From an uncultured Alphaproteobacteria bacterium (lineage in GTDB: Bacteria > Pseudomonadota > Alphaproteobacteria > ATCC43930 > CGMCC-115725), in NCBI GenBank assembly GCA_963847345.1, contig CAWJZU010000008.1, forward strand, positions 3,470 through 67,469: a stretch of 64,000 bases of DNA, given 5' to 3'. Position numbers and translations under genes: made by a program. Shown here one piece after another: positions 57,913-64,000 of the stretch (position 1 is the first letter of the stretch; every line of letters starts with the position of its first letter). The notes beneath the pieces were generated by a model. It was not told the origin of the DNA and did no database searches. It saw only the letters and a program-made list of their open reading frames with translations.

Positions 57913-58611
57913 ATGATCGACAAATTCGTCCACTCGGTGGCCGAGGCGCTCGACGGGATCAAGGACGGCTCGACCGTGCTGATCGCCGGCTTCGCGCAGG
58001 TCGGGGAGCCGCGTGCGCTGGTCGATGGTCTGATCGAACAGGGCGCCAAGGATCTCGTCGTCGTGCACAACACGGCCGGGCGGTTTCACGAAGGCGTGGC
58101 GCGGCTGATCGGCGAGCGCCGCGTGCGCAAGATCGTGTGCAGCTTCGCGCGCAGCCGTGGCTCGGTGCTGTTCGAGGAGGTGTTTGCGGCCGGGCAGATC
58201 GAGCTCGAGATCGTGCCCCAGGGGACGATGGCCGAGCGCATCCGCGCCGGCGCGGCCGGAATTCCGGCATTCTTCACTGCTACCGGGGCCGGCACGAAAC
58301 TCGCCGCGGGCAAGGAATCGCGGATGTTCGAAGGCGCCTTCGAGGGGCGCGAATACATCCTCGAACACGCGATCCGCGGCGACGTGGCGCTGGTCGAGGC
58401 GTGGCGCGCCGACCGCTGGGGCAACCTCGTCTATCGCGACGCCGGACGCAATTTCAACCCGGTGATGGCGGCGGCGGCCGAGCTGACGATCGCGCAGACG
58501 CAGCACATCGCCGAACTCGGCGAATTGTCGCCGGAGGAGATCGCCACCCCCGGCGTCTACGTCGACCGCCTCGTCTACGTCGATGCCGGCGACCCGCCGC
58601 TGAAGACGTGA
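57913..58611 (+). CDS. CoA-transferase subunit A (second copy in the window)
   Basis: ATG at 57913. MIDKFVHSVAEALDGIKDGSTVLIAGF...[21 protein letters not shown]... Paralogous to 941..1648. Confidence 0.88.
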   Translation: MIDKFVHSVAEALDGIKDGSTVLIAGFAQVGEPRALVDGLIEQGAKDLVVVHNTAGRFHEGVARLIGERRVRKIVCSFARSRGSVLFEEVFAAGQIELEIVPQGTMAERIRAGAAGIPAFFTATGAGTKLAAGKESRMFEGAFEGREYILEHAIRGDVALVEAWRADRWGNLVYRDAGRNFNPVMAAAAELTIAQTQHIAELGELSPEEIATPGVYVDRLVYVDAGDPPLKT

Positions 58612-58642
58612 TCGCGCCGGCCCGACAGGAGAGAGGAGCACA

Positions 58643-59305
58643 ATGGCAGACGATCAGAACTGGAAACCGCTCGGCCGCGACGCGCTCGCGGCGCGGGTCG
58701 CGCGGGACATCCCAGAGGGGTGGTCGGTCAATCTCGGCATCGGCATCCCGACGCTGGTCGGCAATTACGTGCCGCCCGAGCGCGAGGTCGTGTTCCATTC
58801 CGAGAACGGCATTATCGGCATGGGGCCGGCGCCCGAGCCCGACAAGATCAACCGCTGGCTGATCAACGCCAGCAGCCAGTATGTAACGTTGCGGCCGGGC
58901 GCCAGCTTTGTGAGCCATTCCGACAGTTTCGCGCTGGTGCGCGGCGGGCATCTCGATCTGTGCGTGCTCGGCGCGTTTCAGGTGGCGGAGAACGGCGATC
59001 TGGCGAACTGGGCGCGCTCCGACGACGACAACGCCCCGGCGATCGGCGGCGCGATGGACCTCGCGGCCGGCGCCAAGCGCATCTGGATCGTCATGGAGCA
59101 CAACACCCGTGGGGGCGAGGCGCGCCTCTTGCACCGCTGCACCTACCCGCTGACCGCCGCCGGCTGCGTCAAGCGCGTCTACACCGAACTCGCCGTGATC
59201 GACGTAACCGAGCGCGGCTTTGTCGTGACCGACATGGTGCCGGGCCTGACGATCGAGGAATTGCAGGAACGGACGGGGGCGCCGTTGCTGAGGGTCGAAT
59301 CGTGA
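58643..59305 (+). CDS. CoA-transferase subunit B (second copy in the window)
   Basis: 220 aa. ...[36 protein letters not shown] (SENG catalytic-Glu motif). Confidence 0.88.
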   Translation: MADDQNWKPLGRDALAARVARDIPEGWSVNLGIGIPTLVGNYVPPEREVVFHSENGIIGMGPAPEPDKINRWLINASSQYVTLRPGASFVSHSDSFALVRGGHLDLCVLGAFQVAENGDLANWARSDDDNAPAIGGAMDLAAGAKRIWIVMEHNTRGGEARLLHRCTYPLTAAGCVKRVYTELAVIDVTERGFVVTDMVPGLTIEELQERTGAPLLRVES

Positions 59306-59783
59306 CGGACGCTTCTTGGGAGCGATGTTTAGAGAAAGAAGATCGCCCTGAGCTGCGTGCGCGGCGCGCTGTCTCGAACGCCCGCATGGCACCGGATCCG
59401 ACGAAAGTGAGCCGCCCCCGCCATCTGCCTGGGCGACGACGCGAAATCCGCCACATTGCGGGAGTATCAAATCATCGGTGCCATTTGGTCGGAGCGATGC
59501 GGGCGCGACGTTTGCTGTTCTTTTGCTGCAGAATTCACCGTCTCCCGTCGCGAAACCCGCGCGGCGCAAGGGGCCGTGCCGGCGTTTGCTGTTGATTCCC
59601 TGCAGAAAGCAGCAGAAGCAGTAAACTGCCATCCGCGACGGACGGGGAGCACGCGCGGTAAGCGCAGCGCAATCGGCCATTGGTGCGGCTGGGCGTGGCG
59701 GAATGCGCTTTGCTCCTCCGCCCGACGCGTTGACGATCGGGATTGCAGCAACGCACCGCTGCACCGGGCATAGGGCACACATC

Positions 59784-60278
59784 ATGCATTTCGACGCCGA
59801 ATACGATTTCGTCATTGTCGGGGCCGGGTCGGCCGGGTGCGTGCTTGGCGAACCGGCTGTCGAGCCGATCCGGGCACTCAAGGTCCTCGTGATTGAGGCC
59901 GGCGGCAAGGATGCGAACCCGTGGCTTCATGTCCCGGCGGGGTTCTACCGCAACATCTACCACCCCGGGATCACTTGGCAGTTCGAGACCGAGCCGGTGC
60001 CGGGGCTCGACGGACGGCGCGTGTCGTGGCCGCGCGGCAAAGTCCTGGGCGGCTCCAGTTCGATCAACGGCCTGATCTACATCCGCGGCCAGCGGCAGGA
60101 TTTCGACTATTGGCGCCAGCTCGGCTGCATCGGCTGGGGCTATGACGACGTCCTGCCGTATTTCCGCCGCGCCGAGAACCAGGAGCGCGGCGAGGACGAT
60201 CATCACGGCGCCGGCGGGCCGCTCGACATCTCCGACCTGCGCGCCCGCCACGAACTGCACGACGCATCGACGCTGTAG
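59784..60278 (+). pseudogene. GMC-family (choline dehydrogenase-like) oxidoreductase, N-terminal ~165 codons only
   Basis: MHFDAEYDFVIVGAGSAGCVL...VLVIEAGG...WPRGKVLGGSSSINGLIYIRG... The ORF stops at 60278, whereas family members I know are about 530-560 aa. The conserved ANRLS is readable only in the +1 frame (59846-59860). Confidence 0.75.
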
Positions 60279-60489
60279 ACCAGAGCTCAAGTGGCCAGCT
60301 TTTACACCGCCACGAGCAACGACCCTGTGCTGCCGCCCAGTGGCCGACGATGCCGGCAAAAGGACAGATGATCGCGAGACACTCCGCGTCGCGCCAGCAT
60401 TAGGGACGTGGCGCCACCGGCGTGCTATCGTCTCGCCGGCCGGCGAGACGGGACCGATCCCGCGAAGTCCGGCCGGGAGGAAACGAGCG

Positions 60490-62088
60490 ATGACGGCGAA
60501 TCGCGGCGTCTTTGGCGCGGCAGTTGCGTTCGCTATTTTCGGGCTGGTCGGCAGCCACGCGGCGGCCCAGAAATCGGGCGGTGTTCTTCGGCAATATATC
60601 ATTGACAGTCCGGCCTCGATGTCGATCCACGAGGAAACGACGGTAGTCGCCGAGCGCCCGATGATGGGGGTGATGAACAACCTCGTCATCTTCGACCAGC
60701 ATGTGGCGCAGAACAGTCTTGCCGCGGTCAGGCCGGAGTTGGCGACTGGCTGGACGTGGGACGAGGACGGCACTCGGCTGACGTTTAAACTGCGGCAAGG
60801 GGTGAAGTGGCACGACGGCAAGCCGTTTTCCGCCGCCGACGTCAAATGCACCTGGGAGCTGGTGCAAGGCAAGACGGCGGAGAAGCTGCGGGTCAACCCG
60901 CGCAAGGGCTGGTACGACAATCTTGCCGAGGTCCTGACCAACGGCGATTACGAGGTTACTTTCGTCCTGAAGCGGCCGCAGCCCGCCTTTCTCGCCTTGC
61001 TGGCGTCCGGCATGTCGCCGGTCTATCCCTGCCACGTGTCGCCAAAGGACATGCGCCTGCATCCGATCGGCACCGGTCCGTTCAAATTCGTCGAGTTCAA
61101 GCCGAACGAACACATCAAAGTGGCAAAAAACCCGGATTATTGGAAGCCGGGGCTGCCCTATCTCGACGGCATCGAATATACGATCGTCAAGAGCCGTTCG
61201 ACCGCGATCCTCGCCTTTGTCGCCGGCAAATATGAGCTGACCTTTGCCGGCACACTGACGATCCCGCTGACCCGCGACCTGCAGAAGCAGCGGCCGGATG
61301 CGATCTGCGAGCTGCCGCCTGGCAGCGTCAGCACCAATCTGATCGTCAATCGCGACAAGCCGCCGTTCGACAATCCCGAGCTGCGGCGGGCGATGAGCCT
61401 CGCGCTCGACCGCCAGGCCTTCATCGATATCCTGACCGCGGGCCAGGGTTTCCGGGCTGCGGCGATGCAGCCACCGCCCGGCGGCCAGTGGGGCATGCCG
61501 CGCGGCATGCTCGACGAGCTGCCAGGCTACGGCCCGGACGTGGCGGCAAATCGGGCCGCGGCACGCGAGATCATGAAAAAGCTCGGCTATGGGCCGGAGA
61601 AGCCGCTGCGGATCAAGGTCTCGACCCGCGATGTCCCGCCTTACCGCGATCCGGCGGTGATCCTGATCGACCAGCTGAAGGAAATCGATATCGTCGCCGA
61701 ACTGGAGCCAGTCGACACGGTGCAGTGGTACCCGAAGGTGCAGCGCCGCGATTATACGGTCGGGCTGAACCTGACCGGCACGCTGGTCGACGATCCCGAT
61801 GCGATGCTCTACGAAAACTACAAATGCGGCGGCGTCGGCAACTACAACGCCTACTGCAATCCCGAGATCGACCGGCTAATCGACCGTCAATCGATCGAGC
61901 CGGACCAGGACAAGCGCCGGCAGCTCGTGTGGGAGATCGAAAAGCGGCTGGTCGAGGACGATGCCAAGCCGCTCGTCTATTTCAACCGCGGCGGCATCTG
62001 CTGGGACCCGAAGGTGAAGAACCTGACCGTGATGGTCAACAGCATCTACAACGGCTGGCGCATGGAGGACGTCTGGCTCGATGAATAA
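60490..62088 (+). CDS. ABC transporter substrate-binding protein, family 5 (peptide/nickel/opine type)
   Basis: ATG at 60490. Signal peptide MTANRGVFGAAVAFAIFGLVGSHAAAQ. ...TFKLRQGVKWHDGKPFSAADV... is typical of SBP_bac_5. Confidence 0.85.
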   Translation: MTANRGVFGAAVAFAIFGLVGSHAAAQKSGGVLRQYIIDSPASMSIHEETTVVAERPMMGVMNNLVIFDQHVAQNSLAAVRPELATGWTWDEDGTRLTFKLRQGVKWHDGKPFSAADVKCTWELVQGKTAEKLRVNPRKGWYDNLAEVLTNGDYEVTFVLKRPQPAFLALLASGMSPVYPCHVSPKDMRLHPIGTGPFKFVEFKPNEHIKVAKNPDYWKPGLPYLDGIEYTIVKSRSTAILAFVAGKYELTFAGTLTIPLTRDLQKQRPDAICELPPGSVSTNLIVNRDKPPFDNPELRRAMSLALDRQAFIDILTAGQGFRAAAMQPPPGGQWGMPRGMLDELPGYGPDVAANRAAAREIMKKLGYGPEKPLRIKVSTRDVPPYRDPAVILIDQLKEIDIVAELEPVDTVQWYPKVQRRDYTVGLNLTGTLVDDPDAMLYENYKCGGVGNYNAYCNPEIDRLIDRQSIEPDQDKRRQLVWEIEKRLVEDDAKPLVYFNRGGICWDPKVKNLTVMVNSIYNGWRMEDVWLDE

Positions 62089-62532
62089 TCGAATGCTGCG
62101 GCACAATGTCAAACCGCGAGCCACGCCGATTCACAGATGAGCACGCCCATCCCCAGGGCTAGATCGCCTTAGACCGGATGCGGGATGTTATGCCCGAGGT
62201 CCGGTGCGGGCGATGCGCGGGCACCTCTGCGCCGTGCCGCCCTTATTTCCAACAGCAATTGTGGTTCGGGCCGCGATCAAATCATTTCACGGGTCCGCTT
62301 GGCCGTCTCGCGGTGCCGGGCAACGGTCCCCCAAAGGAACTTTTAGGTCAAACCCACCCTGCCAAGTTATACCTAAGGAAACACCGAACAATGGCGGCGT
62401 AGGTGACGGTTTGGGGGCGGCCGCCTAATATGCGACATCGGCGCTGCGAATAGCAGCCTACGTAAGCAAAAAGCCGGTTTGTACTGGGGTTTTTATTGTC
62501 GTTTTTGGGAGTAAGACAGAGTCCGGGCGTGA

Positions 62533-63240
62533 TCAGACGTGGCCTTGCGCCAGCAGGGCTTTCTTGACGATCACCAGGTTGGCCAGGGCGAACAGGGTGC
62601 GCAGTTGCGCGGTGTTCTTGACCAGACCGCGATAGCGCAGCCTCTTATGCCGGAACAGGTTCTTGACGATGTGGAACGGGTGCTCGACCCAGGCCCGCAC
62701 CTGCGCCAGCGCGCGCTCGACCGGCTCGGCCCAATCCCGCAGGGCTTTGGGCAACGCTTTGATGATGCTGCGCTTGATCGCGATGTTCCAGGAGACATCG
62801 CGATCCTCAAGTTCTGGCCGTTTGTCCGCTCCGGTGTAGCCGGCATCGGCGAAGACCGCCTCCTCGTGGCCGTGCAATAGGGAAGCTGTCTGATTGATGT
62901 CGGCTTCGTTGGCAGCGGTACCGACGAGGGTGTGCACCACCCCCGAGGCGACATCCACCCCGATATGCGCCTTCATCCCGAAGTGCCACTGGTTGCCCTT
63001 CTTGGTCTGGTGCATCTCCGGATCGCGGGCCTTCTTCTTGTTCTTTGTCGAAGGCGGTGCGGCTATGATTGACGCATCAACGATTGTGCCCTGGCGCATC
63101 AACAGACCGCGCTCCTGCAGCATCGCGCCGACTTCGTCGAACAGTGCCCGGGTCAGGTCGTGCTCCTCCAGCCAATGGCGGAAGTTCAGCACCGTCGATG
63201 CGAGTGGCAAAGTGCGATGAAGTGCGAAGACCGAGCGCCC
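62533..63240 (-). mobile_element. IS5-family transposase remnant (N-terminal ~90 codons missing)
   Basis: ...STVLNFRHWLEEHDLTRALFDEV...GTIVDASIIAAPPSTKNK...WHFGMKAHIGVD...ADAGY...VEHPFHIVKNLFRHKRLRYRGL (DDE IS5-type). Homology starts abruptly near 63235-63250. Element ends not identified. Confidence 0.8.
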
Positions 63241-63249
63241 GACCACCGA

Positions 63250-63445
63250 CCAATCCGCGCCGGCGCAGCTCCGCAAGCACCTCGCGAGGATCGCAGCCGC
63301 CCCAGCATTTGACGATAAGCGCTCGCTCGCCATCGCACAGCGCGAAACTCGCGCGGCGGCTGCCGTGTACCGGACAGCGGCAACGCCACCAGCCGCCCGA
63401 TCGGCGCGCACCCCCGAGCGCGGCGGCAATTTCGGCCGCGATCAT
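63250..63445 (-). pseudogene. phage/island-type primase, N-terminal zinc-binding fragment only
   Basis: MIAAEIAAALGGARRSGGWWRCRCPVHGSRRASFALCDGERALIVKCWGGCDPREVLAELRRRGL (CPxH...CxxGC motif), then runs into IS5 sequence. Confidence 0.65.
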
Positions 63446-63645
63446 GCTGCGTCCGCCTCACTCGTCGAGCGCAAGCTCGGCAGCGCCGCAAGATAGGTCG
63501 CGACATCCTCAGGGCGATAGCGGACTTGGCGGCCAATACGAACCCACGGAATTCCGGTCCCGGCGACCCGATCTTTTTGCAGGGTGGAGCGTGCGCGCCC
63601 GGTGATACGGGATACCTCAAAATCCGTAAGTAGAGGATCGAGCAT
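63442..63645 (-). CDS. AlpA/excisionase-family helix-turn-helix DNA-binding protein
   Basis: ATG at 63645. MLDPLLTDFEVSRITGRARSTLQKDRVAGTGIPWVRIGRQVRYRPEDVATYL. ATGA overlap with the primase fragment. Confidence 0.7.
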   Translation of the reverse strand: MLDPLLTDFEVSRITGRARSTLQKDRVAGTGIPWVRIGRQVRYRPEDVATYLAALPSLRSTSEADAA

Positions 63646-63768
63646 TTGTGCCTCTTCCGGTATACGCCAACGCAGCGCACTGCAAGACATGGCCGATGAC
63701 CGATGCCCGATATAGGCACCCAATATTGCCGGCGCGCCGATAATATTCGGCGTCCGATATTCAGGAGT

Positions 63769-64000
63769 TTAGGCGTCGTTCGCCGCTAAATCCCGCAAGA
63801 GGCCTCCAATCTTGTTTGTTACTGTTTTTTCAGTCGCCTTAGGAGCGCCGTTATGCTCAGTTTTGAGCCATTCGACCAGTACGCGCGCCCACTCAGAACG
63901 GCTTTCACCGCTCCTGCCGGGATGGCGTTCGCCCGCCCGCCAGCGGCGACCGCACTCCGCCTCAATGAGATGCCAGCTTGACGGCTTACCGACCAATCCC
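63769..64000 (-). CDS. hypothetical protein of the integrated element, possibly partial (reading frame open to the window end)
   Basis: ...SSWHLIEAECGRRWRAGERHPGRSGESRSEWARVLVEWLKTEHNGAPKATEKTV... No family recognised. Confidence 0.3.
   Translation of the reverse strand, partial: GLVGKPSSWHLIEAECGRRWRAGERHPGRSGESRSEWARVLVEWLKTEHNGAPKATEKTVTNKIGGLLRDLAANDA

Noticed and set aside
58454-60941. Two long minus-strand ORFs (484 aa and 468 aa)
   Set aside because: They are antisense to the CoA-transferase B, GMC and SBP genes and span non-coding spacers. Their composition is typical of GC-driven open frames.
62093-62140. MLRHNVKPRATPIHR mini-ORF after the SBP gene as the stump of a DppB-like permease
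   Set aside because: Only the first three residues resemble typical permease starts, which is far too little evidence. The operon truncation is inferred from the absence of permease genes, not from this ORF.

Overview
High-GC chromosomal segment. Gene content (aapJQM, glnD, pstSCAB-phoU, minCDE, rarA-rluC-ATP12) and the palindromic REP types suggest an alphaproteobacterium of the Bradyrhizobium/Rhodopseudomonas (Nitrobacteraceae) type; that assignment is inference only. About 55 protein-coding features and one tRNA-Leu(GAG) can be supported. There is no rRNA and no CRISPR array.

Main blocks:
- Crotonase plus a CoA-transferase A/B pair (1-2315).
- GH63-like and GH13 glycosidase pair (2687-6923).
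- pstSCAB-phoU with a candidate Pho box (7359-12148).
- minCDE (13055-15063).
- Orphan tatA plus a SET-domain gene (16432-17140).
- A minus-strand catabolic-looking cluster (18246-25257): BNR protein, two tandem VOC paralogues, BBE/FAD oxidase, a heavily frameshifted CoxL-type molybdopterin subunit, and an amidohydrolase.
- Acyl-CoA dehydrogenase, cupin and MaoC genes.
- A translationally coupled rarA-rluC-ATP12 chain.
- A decayed PEP-CTERM gene, lipB, tRNA-Leu, folB-folP.
- A 1520-aa Lhr helicase carrying three in-frame REP palindromes, with a promoter/SOS-box-like site in front.
- LOG-family gene, glnD, SDR, alpha/beta hydrolase.
- An AT-richer two-gene islet (47.1-50.3 kb) encoding a lipoprotein and a signal-less multi-domain peptidoglycan hydrolase.
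- Threonine-synthase-like gene (frameshifted), cobB, a sulfotransferase-TPR gene, aapJQM without aapP, and a second CoA-transferase pair.
- A truncated GMC oxidoreductase, an orphan ABC substrate-binding protein, and the edge of an integrated element (IS5 remnant, primase fragment, AlpA-like gene).

The most interesting observations are the lipoprotein/murein-hydrolase islet, the REP elements tolerated inside the lhr reading frame, the LexA-box-like operator in a compact lhr promoter, and the unusually high density of disrupted genes.

All functional calls rest on my own motif and family recognition from the translations. No database search was run.
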